This document shows, piece after piece, positions 10,689 to 18,931 of a DNA stretch of 64,000 nt (positions are counted from its first letter, which is position 1; each line of letters starts with the position of its first letter). The stretch is from Candidatus Scatomorpha intestinavium. GTDB lineage: Bacteria; Bacillota; Clostridia; Oscillospirales; Oscillospiraceae. The stretch spans positions 2,576-66,575 of the forward strand of contig DVGA01000048.1 in assembly GCA_018712985.1 (NCBI GenBank), in the 5' to 3' direction. The translations under genes were made by a program, and so were the position numbers. The notes beneath the pieces are model-generated. The model did no database searches. It was not told the origin of the DNA and saw only the letters and a list, made by a program, of their open reading frames with translations.

Positions 10689-11597
10689 TCAGGCGTCGAA
10701 CACGCCCATGATGACGATGCCCACGACCGCCACAAATATGGCCAGATAGTGCTTCCAGCTCAGCCGCTCCTTCAGGAAAAGGCGGCTCCACAGCACGCTC
10801 GCCGCGCAGTAGGCGGAGATTATCGGCGCGCTCATGGCCACGTGCTCCGTGTCCGCCAGGGCGTATATATAGGCGAACTGCCCCGCCGTTTCAAATATCG
10901 CGCCCGTGTACTTCGGCAGTTCCGCCTTCAGCGTGAAGCGCTGCCGCTTCACGAGGAGGAATATCAGGCAGAAAACGCCCGCAGCGAGGAACGTGAGCTC
11001 ATACGCCACATTCGCGCTGTCCTCGTTCAGCGTCTCCAGCACGAGGGAGTCGGCAAAGGTGCCGGCCGCGTCCAGCACGCAGTAGGCCGCGGGGAGCAGC
11101 AGTGCCTTCCAGTTTTTAGCATACTGCCACTTGCCCTTCTCCTGCCTGGCGCGGCGCAGCTCCTCGTCCTCGGTCATCTCGGCCACGCCAAGGCCGATGA
11201 CACCGCCGCAGACGAGCACTATGGCCGCTATCTGCCAGCCGTTCATGCCGGAAATCCCGCTCGTGATTATTGTCGCCACCGCCACGAGCGCGCCGGAGCT
11301 GTTGCATATCGGCGACGAGATCGAGAGCTCGATGTACCGCAGCCCCACATAGCCCATGGCCATGGACAGGATGTACAGCAGCGAAACGGGCAGGTAGGTG
11401 AAAATAACCTGCCAGGAGATCTCAGTCCCGCCGATGAAAACCTCGTAAGCCGCGTGAAGGCCCATAACGGCGCCGACGGCTATGACCATCTTCAGGTGCG
11501 AATATTTGTCCCGGCCGTCCACGCAGCCGATTTTCGAAAAAAAGTCCGAGCCGCTCCAGCAGAGCAGCGCGATGATTGCAAACCAGAACCAGTTCAT
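10689..11597 (-). CDS. DMT-superfamily (EamA-like) permease
   Basis: About 10 TM helices in two EamA-like halves. Start is at MNWFWFAII, behind GGAGAGG. Confidence 0.7.
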   Translation of the reverse strand: MNWFWFAIIALLCWSGSDFFSKIGCVDGRDKYSHLKMVIAVGAVMGLHAAYEVFIGGTEISWQVIFTYLPVSLLYILSMAMGYVGLRYIELSISSPICNSSGALVAVATIITSGISGMNGWQIAAIVLVCGGVIGLGVAEMTEDEELRRARQEKGKWQYAKNWKALLLPAAYCVLDAAGTFADSLVLETLNEDSANVAYELTFLAAGVFCLIFLLVKRQRFTLKAELPKYTGAIFETAGQFAYIYALADTEHVAMSAPIISAYCAASVLWSRLFLKERLSWKHYLAIFVAVVGIVIMGVFDA

Positions 11598-11705
11598 ATA
11601 CCTCTCCCGTCTCTTTTTCAATTCCCACGCCGTTGTATTTTACCACAAACCCACCGCGCTTGTAAATGACAACATCCGCGCCCCGGACAGGTGTATCATT
11701 CCCGT

Positions 11706-12527
11706 ATGATATATGCAGACAGCCTCTTCGCCCTGAATATGGCAATCGATTACTTCCTGCTGCTCTGCTCGGCGAAGATCTCCGGCGCGGAGCTCCGGCG
11801 GTGGCGCTTCGCCGCCGCGGCCGCCCTCGGCGGGGCCTACGCCGTGGCCTGCGTGCTGCCGGGGATGGGCTTCCTCTCCTCCGGCGCGGTCAAGCTCGCC
11901 GCCGCCGCGCTCATGGCGGTCGCGGCCTACGGCGGGGAGGAGCGCTATCTGCGCTGCCTGATAACCTTCCTCGCGGTGTCCGCGGCCTTCGGCGGGGCGG
12001 TTTTCGCCCTCTCGCTCGTCTCTGGGACGGCCTTTTCCGGGGTGATGTACGTCCCCGTGTCGCCGCGTGTGCTCGTCATGGCCTTCGCCGTGTGCTACGC
12101 GTCGGTGAGCTTCGCCTTCCGGAGGGCGCACCTGCGCGCCGGGCGCGAGGTGGTGCCGCTCACAGTGACGCTGTCGGGCAAAAGCGCACCGCTGCGCGCC
12201 CTGAGGGACACGGGCAATGGACTTGTGGACCCCGTCTCCGGCCGGGCGGTGGCCGTGGCGGAGTACTCGGCGCTCTATCCCCTGTTCCCTCCCGGGGCGC
12301 CGCGGCGCCCGCCGGAGGACGCCGTGGCGCTCTGCGAGGAGCTCTCGGCCCTGCCCGGCCTCGCCGGGCGCATAAGCCTTGTGCCGTACTCCTCCCTCGG
12401 GCGGAGCCGCGGCCTTGTCGCCGCGCTCAGGCCGGACTCCGCCGCCGTCTGCGGTAGGGACGCGCCGCTGCTCATCGCCCTGAGCCCCGGCCGCCTCGGC
12501 GACGGCGGCTACAACGCGATTTTGTAG
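11706..12527 (+). CDS. spoIIGA: sigma-E processing peptidase SpoIIGA
   Basis: Membrane N-domain beginning [20 protein letters not shown] and an aspartic-protease motif [14 protein letters not shown]. It lies directly upstream of pro-sigma-E. Confidence 0.85.
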   Translation: MIYADSLFALNMAIDYFLLLCSAKISGAELRRWRFAAAAALGGAYAVACVLPGMGFLSSGAVKLAAAALMAVAAYGGEERYLRCLITFLAVSAAFGGAVFALSLVSGTAFSGVMYVPVSPRVLVMAFAVCYASVSFAFRRAHLRAGREVVPLTVTLSGKSAPLRALRDTGNGLVDPVSGRAVAVAEYSALYPLFPPGAPRRPPEDAVALCEELSALPGLAGRISLVPYSSLGRSRGLVAALRPDSAAVCGRDAPLLIALSPGRLGDGGYNAIL

Positions 12528-12543
12528 AAAGGATGCTGATTTC

Positions 12544-13272
12544 ATGAGAAGTAAGCTGCTTTTCCGCCTCCGCCTCGCGCTCGGCCGGGCTCTGGCGAAG
12601 TTCGGCGTGGTGCCGCCGGAGATATACTACATCGGCGGGAGCGACACCCTGCCCGCGCCTCTCCCCCGCGCGGAGGAGGAGGCGGCGATAGCCGCCCTTG
12701 AGCGCGGGGACGAGGACGCCCGCCAGCTGCTCGTGGAGCACAACCTCCGTCTCGTCGTGTACATAGCCCGGCGCTTTGAAAACACGGGCATAAACCTTGA
12801 GGACCTCGTCAGCATCGGCGCCATCGGGCTCATCAAGGCGGTGAACACCTTCAAATCCTCCAAAAATATAAAGCTGGCCACCTACGCCTCGCGCTGCATA
12901 GAGAACGAAATACTCATGTTCCTGCGCAAAAGCGGCTCGCAAAGGACCGAGGTGAGCCTTGACGAGCCGCTGAACACGGACTATGACGGCAACGAGCTGC
13001 TGCTCTCCGACATCCTCGGCACGGACGCCGACGAGGTCATCCGCCCGCTGGAGGACGACGCCGAGGCCGAAATGCTCATGGCGGCCATCGCCACGCTCGG
13101 CGAGCGCGAGCGGCGCATAGTGCTAATGCGCTTCGGCTTCCTCGACGGCATGGAGTACACGCAAAAGGAGGTGGCCGACCTGCTCGGCATCTCGCAGAGC
13201 TACATCAGCCGCCTTGAAAAGCGCATAATCGCCCGCCTGCGCAAGGAGATGGTAAAGCAGATGCAGGTGTGA
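12544..13272 (+). CDS. sigE: sporulation sigma factor SigE (pro-sigma-E)
   Basis: 242 aa. An N-terminal pro-peptide is followed by [12 protein letters not shown], region 2 ([13 protein letters not shown]) and region 4 HTH ([21 protein letters not shown]). Confidence 0.9.
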   Translation: MRSKLLFRLRLALGRALAKFGVVPPEIYYIGGSDTLPAPLPRAEEEAAIAALERGDEDARQLLVEHNLRLVVYIARRFENTGINLEDLVSIGAIGLIKAVNTFKSSKNIKLATYASRCIENEILMFLRKSGSQRTEVSLDEPLNTDYDGNELLLSDILGTDADEVIRPLEDDAEAEMLMAAIATLGERERRIVLMRFGFLDGMEYTQKEVADLLGISQSYISRLEKRIIARLRKEMVKQMQV

Positions 13273-13299
13273 CGCCCCGCCGCGTACCTCCCCGGCGAA

Positions 13300-13345
13300 A
13301 AAAGGCGCGGCAGGCCCCGCCCGCCGCGCCCTTTGCGCCTGTCCG
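13300..13345. terminator. GC hairpin between convergent sigE and spoIIE-operon ends (likely bidirectional terminator)
   Basis: Sequence AAAAAAGGCGCGGC..GCCGCGCCCTTT has an 8-bp stem GGCGCGGC/GCCGCGCC flanked by A and T runs. Confidence 0.45.
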
Positions 13346-13351
13346 TACGGC

Positions 13352-13639
13352 TCAGACGACCGCGAACAGCACCACCGCCGCGGCCAGGGCCGCGAGCGCC
13401 GCCGTGACGGCTATTCCGAGCTTCCACCCGCTGCGCTCGGCCGAGCGCTCGCGCATGTACCTGCCCGCCGCGCGGCGGGCCTCGCGCAGCACCTGCTCGG
13501 AGCTCACGCCGCGGCGCAAGGCCCTCTCGCGGACTATGAATATCGCCTCCTCAAAGAGCTCCGAGCCCGGCTCCCTCACTACTATAACCCGGCGCGTAAC
13601 GCCCTTTACGAGCTCCGCGCAATGCTCGCGCGTCCTCAT
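13352..13639 (-). CDS. small conserved-looking hypothetical protein with a C-terminal membrane anchor
   Basis: 95-aa ORF whose ATG overlaps the spoIIE stop (ATGA). It has a charged N-domain (VIVVREPGSELFEEAIFIVRE) and a hydrophobic tail (LGIAVTAALAALAAAVVLFAVV). Confidence 0.45.
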   Translation of the reverse strand: MRTREHCAELVKGVTRRVIVVREPGSELFEEAIFIVRERALRRGVSSEQVLREARRAAGRYMRERSAERSGWKLGIAVTAALAALAAAVVLFAVV

Positions 13640-15948
13640 ACGCGCGCGTCCACCCGCACGGCGAGGACGGTCATGTCGTCGCTGTTGCCGTATTCGTCCG
13701 CGGCCCGCCGCAGCACGGCGCGGGCCAGCGCCTTCACGTCCGGCTCCTCCGCCTCGCGCAGCATGTCCAGCAGCCAGCCGTCGTCCAGCCCCGGCGCCAC
13801 GCCGTCGGAGGCCACGAGGGCAAGGCTGCCCGGCTTCAGACGCATGCGCACCGTGTCCGGCGCCTCCCCTGCGCCCGTCATCCCCGCGGCCAGGCTCTCG
13901 CAGGCTATGCGCCGGACGCTCTTGCCCGTTTTGACATAGGAAGGGGCCGCGCCGTATTTATAAAAGCAGGTCTCCCCGGTGAAGAGGTCCACGCACATCA
14001 TGTCTGCCGTGGCGAAGCCCCACTCCTCCCCGCTGCGCAGCAGCATTACGGAGTTGAGTATCTTCATCGCCGCCGCGCCGTCCACGCCGGAGCGCAGGAA
14101 GCGCTCGAGTATGGCCACGGCCTCGTCGCTCTCCGCCGCGGCCTCGCTGCCCGCGCCCATGCCGTCCGACAGTATGACGCACAGCACGCCGGAGTCGGTT
14201 TTGAAATACGTCCCCTTGTCGCCGTTCACGCTCTCGCCGCGCTTTTTCATCGCCGCTATGCCCACTGAGACGGTCAGCGGCTCCGCCTCGAGCAGGGTCA
14301 TGCGCCCCTCGGCATTGGAAACCGGGCGGCACAGCCGCACGCCCAACACGGCCGAGAGCTTGTCGAGATAGGCCGGGTCCTTAGTCAGCGCGCCCAGGCG
14401 GCCGGACTCTATCACCGCCCGGAGCCGCCCGCCCCCGTCGCGGAACACGGCGGCGTCCGCCTCTATGTCCAGCGAGCGCAGATAGCGCATCAGCCGACGC
14501 TCCGCGAGCGGGTCCGCGCCGTTCACGCTGCCAATCTCCCTCGCCACCCCGGCGAGTATTTCGGCGAAGTCCTCATACTGCGCCCAGGCCGCCGCGCGGC
14601 TCTCCGCCAGCTGCGCGCGGTACTGCCTGCGGAAGGCGAGCGAGCGCAGCTCCGCGTTCACCGCCGCCACAAACGCCGGCAGGGAGAGGCACTTCCGCCG
14701 GAACCACTCAGGTATGTCGCCCTCTTCGAGGCTGCCCCGCGCCGTCATTGCCTCCGTTGCGGCGTTCAGCGCGTCAAGAGTTTCCATATAGTTCTTCGTC
14801 CAGCACTCGTTCCGCTTCTTGCATTTTATGCAGGATACGTCCGCCGCGCGGTCAAATACCCGGGCTATGTCGTTGTCGTTGCTGTCTGCAGTGTTCCTCC
14901 GCACGACCTCGCACACGTCGCCGTACGCCCGGGCGATGCCCTCCACGCGCCGGGCCGCATAGCGCCGCAGTCCGCTTTCGCCCATGCCCGGGGCCATCGG
15001 CTGCAAAAGTGAGCTTATGCGCGCGAGCGCCGCCGGAGGTATCAGCATGAACACAACGGAGGCCGCGAACACCTCGAAGAGGGCGGCAACGTTCTGCGTC
15101 CAGCGCCAGCAGCAGGCCGCGCAGAGCGCGTCGGCCAGTATGAAGGCTATCAGGAACGTCAGCCGCCCGTAGCGCGCGAACACTCCCGAAACCAGCCCGG
15201 CAAAGGCGTAGGCCATGGTGAAGAACGGCTCCGCGCCCCCGGCGGCGTCCATCGCAAGGCCGAAGGCCGTGCCGGCCGCGGCTCCGGCCATGCACCCGCC
15301 CTTCAGCGAGGAGGCCATCACCAGCAGCAGCGCGATCACCCGCCCGACGGACACCGCGCCCGCTATCTCCACGCGCGCCACGGCCGTCAGCGCGCAGGCG
15401 GCCATCACGGCCACGGCCGCGTCGTGCCTCCGCTCCGAGCCCTCGGTCTGCCGCTCGCGGTGCTCCAGCGCCTCGCGGAAGAAATAGGCCGCCGCGCCCG
15501 AGATCAGCGACTCTGTAAGCACCTCCGCGGCGACGCCGATGTCGCCCATCCCCCCGGCCAGGCGGCCGAGCGCGCCCGTCGCCGCCGTCACGGCGAAGGC
15601 CGCCGACGGCGCGATCCACGGCGAGGTCGCCATGCGCTCCTCTCCGATTATGAAGCTGAGCGTGAACGCGAGCACCGACGCCGCGGCGTAGCGTATGCCC
15701 CAGTCCAGCCCGCCCGTGGCCAGATATCCGAGGCACGCGCCCGCCAGCGTGGCAAGGCCGCCCAGCCCCGTCCCCGCCTGCGCCACGATCGCCGTGCCGA
15801 AGGGCGCCATCGTGCCCGCGAAGCGCCCCGCGGCCATCAGAAACCCCAGCAGGAACCGCGCCATCGTCAGCACGGCGAGGCGCATGGTCTCCCGCTGTCC
15901 GCCCTCCTCCGGGCGGCTGCTTTCCATTGTTTTTCCCCTGTCTGCCAT
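13636..15948 (-). CDS. spoIIE: stage II sporulation protein E (membrane PP2C phosphatase)
   Basis: About 10 N-terminal TM helices plus a C-terminal PP2C domain (VILSDGMGAGSEAA, LVASDGV, DDMTVLAV). The start is set to ATG 15948, preceded by GGAGGAGG. Confidence 0.9.
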   Translation of the reverse strand: MADRGKTMESSRPEEGGQRETMRLAVLTMARFLLGFLMAAGRFAGTMAPFGTAIVAQAGTGLGGLATLAGACLGYLATGGLDWGIRYAAASVLAFTLSFIIGEERMATSPWIAPSAAFAVTAATGALGRLAGGMGDIGVAAEVLTESLISGAAAYFFREALEHRERQTEGSERRHDAAVAVMAACALTAVARVEIAGAVSVGRVIALLLVMASSLKGGCMAGAAAGTAFGLAMDAAGGAEPFFTMAYAFAGLVSGVFARYGRLTFLIAFILADALCAACCWRWTQNVAALFEVFAASVVFMLIPPAALARISSLLQPMAPGMGESGLRRYAARRVEGIARAYGDVCEVVRRNTADSNDNDIARVFDRAADVSCIKCKKRNECWTKNYMETLDALNAATEAMTARGSLEEGDIPEWFRRKCLSLPAFVAAVNAELRSLAFRRQYRAQLAESRAAAWAQYEDFAEILAGVAREIGSVNGADPLAERRLMRYLRSLDIEADAAVFRDGGGRLRAVIESGRLGALTKDPAYLDKLSAVLGVRLCRPVSNAEGRMTLLEAEPLTVSVGIAAMKKRGESVNGDKGTYFKTDSGVLCVILSDGMGAGSEAAAESDEAVAILERFLRSGVDGAAAMKILNSVMLLRSGEEWGFATADMMCVDLFTGETCFYKYGAAPSYVKTGKSVRRIACESLAAGMTGAGEAPDTVRMRLKPGSLALVASDGVAPGLDDGWLLDMLREAEEPDVKALARAVLRRAADEYGNSDDMTVLAVRVDARV

Positions 15949-15969
15949 TGGTCCTCCTCCGAACATGAG

Positions 15970-16012
15970 TTTACATAAATTATAGATATTTCTCTTATGT
16001 AAATTCTGTCGG
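15970..16012 (-). promoter_or_regulatory. putative Spo0A-type spoIIE promoter with an inverted repeat
   Basis: On the minus strand there is a TATAAT -10 (15979-15984) and a CCGACA -35-like element 22 nt upstream (16007-16012), which is also a 6/7 match to the 0A box TGTCGAA. The 9-bp inverted repeat TTTACATAA/TTATGTAAA (15970-15978 and 15995-16003) brackets the -10. Confidence 0.4.
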
Positions 16013-16133
16013 AGGCCGCTGTAGATAATTAGCTTTTTCGCCGCCAAACTGCGCGTGCGCGCGGATAACGCCGCGGCGGGATCCACCGCCCTCCGGCGCG
16101 GGCCGTATTCGCGCTTTTCACCCTCCGCGGCGC

Positions 16134-16168
16134 GAAAAAAAGCGGGAGGGACAGCCGTCCCTCCCGCC
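16134..16168 (-). terminator. intrinsic terminator after thiM
   Basis: The minus strand reads GGCGGGAGGGACGGCTGTCCCTCCCGCTTTTTTT. Confidence 0.8.
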
Positions 16169-16179
16169 TTGAGCGAGCG

Positions 16180-16986
16180 TCAGATCGTCTCAATTTCCGC
16201 CCCGGCGGCAAAGCCGGCGGCGTCTATGGCATAGGCCGCGTCCAGCAGTGCGGCGCGGAACGAGCCCGGCCCGAGCCGGGCCGCGGCGGCGTCCGCCCTC
16301 TCCGCGCAGAGCTTCCAGAAGGCGGAGGCGAGCGCCGCGGCGGCGGTCATGTCCGGCTCCACGGCAGCGAACACGCCGCAGAGCACCGAGAGCATGCAGC
16401 CCGTGCCGGTGACATAGGCCATGAGCGGGCTGCCCCCGCGCAGGACGAAGGCCGCGCCCTCCGGCCCGGCGGCGACGTCCTCGGGCCCCGTCAGCAGGAC
16501 CGAGCGGCCGAGCGCCGCGGCGAGAGCGCGCGCCGTGTCCGCGCGCTCGGCGGGCGTTGAAGATTCCGGGCTGTCCACGCCCTGCTCGCGCCCCGAAAGG
16601 CTCAGCAGTGCCCTCGCCTCCGAGAGGTTCACGCGCACTATGCCCCGCGCTGGGATTTCGAGCAGCTCCCTCACGCGCCGCAGCCGCCACGGGCTCGCGC
16701 CCACGCCCACGGGGTCGAGCACAACCGGCCTGCCGTCCTCCGCGGCAATGCGCGCGCAGATAAGCGCGGCGTCGAACTTCTGCGCGTCCGGCGTGCCGGT
16801 GTTGAGCACCTCGGCGTCGCTCGCGCGGGAGATGTCCTCCATCTCCTCGGGGGCCTGGGCCATTATCGGGCTTGCGCCGATGGCGAGCGCCGCGTTGGCG
16901 CAGTCGTTGGCCGTTACTATATTCGATATGCAGTGTATGAGCGGGCGCCTGGCACGCACCTCGCTCAGGCGTTCAAAATCAGGCAT
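16180..16986 (-). CDS. thiM: hydroxyethylthiazole kinase
   Basis: 268 aa from ATG 16986, with IHCISNIVTANDCAN, VLDPVGVGAS and TGTGCMLS motifs. The track ORF carries a spurious 52-aa N-terminal extension. The start overlaps the thiW stop (ATGCCTGA). Confidence 0.9.
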   Translation of the reverse strand: MPDFERLSEVRARRPLIHCISNIVTANDCANAALAIGASPIMAQAPEEMEDISRASDAEVLNTGTPDAQKFDAALICARIAAEDGRPVVLDPVGVGASPWRLRRVRELLEIPARGIVRVNLSEARALLSLSGREQGVDSPESSTPAERADTARALAAALGRSVLLTGPEDVAAGPEGAAFVLRGGSPLMAYVTGTGCMLSVLCGVFAAVEPDMTAAAALASAFWKLCAERADAAAARLGPGSFRAALLDAAYAIDAAGFAAGAEIETI

Positions 16987-17539
16987 GCTTTGTGTTGCCG
17001 CGCAGCGAGCGCTGCATCCTTTCAAGGGCTCCGCCGGCCTGCAGGGCAAAGACGAGCACACCGGCGATGATGGAGCCGACCACGGTGGAGATGAGGAAGG
17101 GTATGATGTACGCCGTGACGGCGACGGTGGCGGCGTCCACATTCATGAAGAGCGTGGCCACCGGATAGGCGCAGAGCCCGCCGAGCACGCCGGTGCCGAG
17201 CATCTCGGCCACGAGGGTGGCGGTGACGGCCAGCGCGGGCCTGCGGTTTTTCAGCAGCATATATACCAGCCCGCAGCAGAGCGCGCCTATCATGCTGCCC
17301 GGGAAGGCCATGAGCGAGCCGGTCGCGAGCAGGTTGCGGAGCAAGCTGGCGCCGAAGGCCACGCCCACGCCCCAGCCGGGGCCGAGGAAAACGGCGCAGA
17401 GCACATTTACCATGTGCTGCGTCGGCGAGCAGTTGCTGCCGAGGAAGGGGAACTGGATGAATGCGCTGCCCACGACGGCCACCGCGATGAGCATGGCCGA
17501 AAGGGCAAGCTTTTTGATAACGATAGAGTAGGAACGCAT
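16979..17539 (-). CDS. thiW: ECF-type S component ThiW (thiazole precursor uptake)
   Basis: 186 aa from ATG 17539 (SD GGGAGTGAG), a small 5-6 TM protein. It sits upstream of thiM and behind a TPP riboswitch, which is the typical thiW context. Confidence 0.75.
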   Translation of the reverse strand: MRSYSIVIKKLALSAMLIAVAVVGSAFIQFPFLGSNCSPTQHMVNVLCAVFLGPGWGVGVAFGASLLRNLLATGSLMAFPGSMIGALCCGLVYMLLKNRRPALAVTATLVAEMLGTGVLGGLCAYPVATLFMNVDAATVAVTAYIIPFLISTVVGSIIAGVLVFALQAGGALERMQRSLRGNTKHA

Positions 17540-17787
17540 AATACTCACTCCCTGAAAAGATTTGCGCGGGCAAAAGGCGCATGCAGCGTCCCCCGCGGGC
17601 GGGCAAAAGCCCCGCCGGGCTTGTCGGTCGAGGCTTGCTGGCCTCCTCTCACGCCGGAACACGGCTTCCCATCGCTGCATATCGGCCCGGGCGCAGGGCG
17701 CTCCCCCTCCGTCCGGCACGGGCTTTGCGCCCGAGCGCCGTATTCAATTTGCCGCGCCGCGCCTCCTTTCGGGAATGTGCGGGATCC

Positions 17788-17812
17788 AAAAAAGCCCCCT
17801 GTACGGGAGCTT
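17788..17812 (-). terminator. terminator hairpin of the thiW TPP riboswitch expression platform
   Basis: The minus strand reads GCTCCCGTACAGGGGGCTTTTTT immediately 3' of the aptamer. Confidence 0.6.
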
Positions 17813-17824
17813 TCACTGTCAAGA

Positions 17825-17910
17825 ATCTGCTCCCTACGTCGGCATTACCCGCATCAGGTTCAAGGGTCGAAGCTTCCGCTTCCTCTCAGCCAAACGGCTC
17901 CCCCGGTTTT
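17825..17910 (-). promoter_or_regulatory. TPP (THI-box) riboswitch
   Basis: The minus strand reads GGGGGAGCCGTTTGGCTGAGAGGAAGCGGAAGCTTCGACCCTTGAACCTGATGCGGGTAATGCCGACGTAGGGA. It has the canonical CUGAGA, ACCUGAU and GCCGACGUAGGGA elements. Confidence 0.9.
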
Positions 17911-17919
17911 TACGGCTTG

Positions 17920-17948
17920 ATTATCGCACCGCGCCGGGCTTTTGTCAA
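17920..17948 (-). promoter_or_regulatory. sigma-A-type promoter for the thiW riboswitch
   Basis: Minus strand: TTGACA, 17 nt, GATAAT. Confidence 0.55.
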
Positions 17949-17977
17949 GGGCCGCGATGAATAATTCCCCGCGGGTA

Positions 17978-18006
17978 TTGCATTTTCCTTCGGGAGGGAG
18001 TATTAT
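17978..18006 (+). promoter_or_regulatory. sigma-A-type promoter for the thiE riboswitch
   Basis: TTGCAT, 17 nt, TATTAT. Confidence 0.55.
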
Positions 18007-18014
18007 GTTTTTAA

Positions 18015-18100
18015 CAACGGGGAGTCCGTAAAGCCGGGCTGAGAGGGGGCCGCAAGGTCCCGACCCTTACACCTGATTTGGATCATGCCAACGTAGGGAA
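18015..18100 (+). promoter_or_regulatory. TPP (THI-box) riboswitch
   Basis: Sequence GGGGAGTCCGTAAAGCCGGGCTGAGAGGGGGCCGCAAGGTCCCGACCCTTACACCTGATTTGGATCATGCCAACGTAGGGAA. Confidence 0.9.
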
Positions 18101-18106
18101 ATCATG

Positions 18107-18157
18107 GCTTCCGCCGCGGATTACCGTTATTGGTGTGCCGCGGCGGAAGCTTTTTTT
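18107..18157 (+). terminator. riboswitch-controlled intrinsic terminator upstream of thiE
   Basis: GCTTCCGCCGCGG..CCGCGGCGGAAGC forms a perfect 13-bp stem followed by TTTTTTT. Confidence 0.85.
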
Positions 18158-18168
18158 GGAGTGATTTT

Positions 18169-18804
18169 ATGAAAACAGCAAGGGAGAGGTTTGCGCTCTA
18201 CGCCGTGACGGACCGCGTCAGGGCCCGCAGCTCCGGCGAGCTGCTCGCGCAGGTCGCCGCCGCGATAAGGGGCGGCGCCGGCATAGTGCAGCTGCGCGAA
18301 AAGGAGCTGCCCTTCGGTGAATTCCTGCGCGAGGCGGAGGAGTTCGTCGCGCTCTGCCGCTCGCTCGGCGCGCTGAGCATAATAAACGACAACGTGGAGA
18401 TCGCCCGCCTCACGGGCGCGGACGGCGTCCACGTCGGCCAGGAGGACATGGCCGCGGCCCGGGCCAGGGAGCTGCTCGGCCCCGGCAGGCTCATCGGCGT
18501 CTCCGCCCACACGGTGGAGGAGGCCCGCGCGGCGTATGAGATGGGCGCGGACTACCTCGGCACCGGCGCGGCCTTCGTCACCGGCACCAAGGCGGACGCG
18601 AAGCCCATAGAGCGCGGCACGATCCGCGCCATAACTTCGGCGGTGCCCATCCCGGTCGTGGCCATCGGCGGCATCACCGCCGCCAACCTCCCGGAGCTCC
18701 GCTCCCTCGGCCTCGCCGGGGCCGCGGTGGCCTCCGCCATCTTCGCATCTGACGACCCCGAGGCCGCCGCGAGGGCCCTGCTCCCGATCTGCCAAAGCCT
18801 CTGA
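18169..18804 (+). CDS. thiE: thiamine-phosphate synthase
   Basis: Start at MKTARERFALYAVTD (SD GGAG). Contains VQLREKE and GADGVHVGQEDM motifs. Confidence 0.9.
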   Translation: MKTARERFALYAVTDRVRARSSGELLAQVAAAIRGGAGIVQLREKELPFGEFLREAEEFVALCRSLGALSIINDNVEIARLTGADGVHVGQEDMAAARARELLGPGRLIGVSAHTVEEARAAYEMGADYLGTGAAFVTGTKADAKPIERGTIRAITSAVPIPVVAIGGITAANLPELRSLGLAGAAVASAIFASDDPEAAARALLPICQSL

Positions 18805-18931
18805 AAGGCGCATGAATACTGGACTTTCCTAACGGTCGAGCGCCAAATCGGGCCGAATCCGTTGACAAGCGGCCGTGCGCGGCGCTATGCTTCGCACAGA
18901 CCTGCAGGCAACCGAAGGGAGGCCCAAGAAA

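Noticed and set aside
11622-11705. Spo0A boxes or an over-spaced promoter upstream of spoIIGA, by analogy with spoIIE.
   Set aside because: There are only weak partial matches (CGGACAG, TGACAAC) and no convincing -10, which is not enough to call.
16987-17142. N-terminal extensions in track ORFs, such as thiM at 320 aa, thiW at 246 aa, adk at 240 aa, rpsJ at 128 aa, spoIIE at 816 aa and rplF at 201 aa.
   Set aside because: The extensions are Pro/Arg/Ser-rich read-through of upstream sequence. In every case a conserved family N-terminus begins at an internal ATG with a good SD.
17700-17790. A 32-codon TTG-initiated ORF behind AAAGGAGG in the thiW leader (MNTALGRKARAGRRGSALRPGRYAAMGSRVPA).
   Set aside because: The peptide is Arg/Gly/Ala-rich with no hydrophobic or regulatory-codon logic. 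The SD-like string is more simply part of the GC-rich leader. I kept it only as a note within the leader finding.
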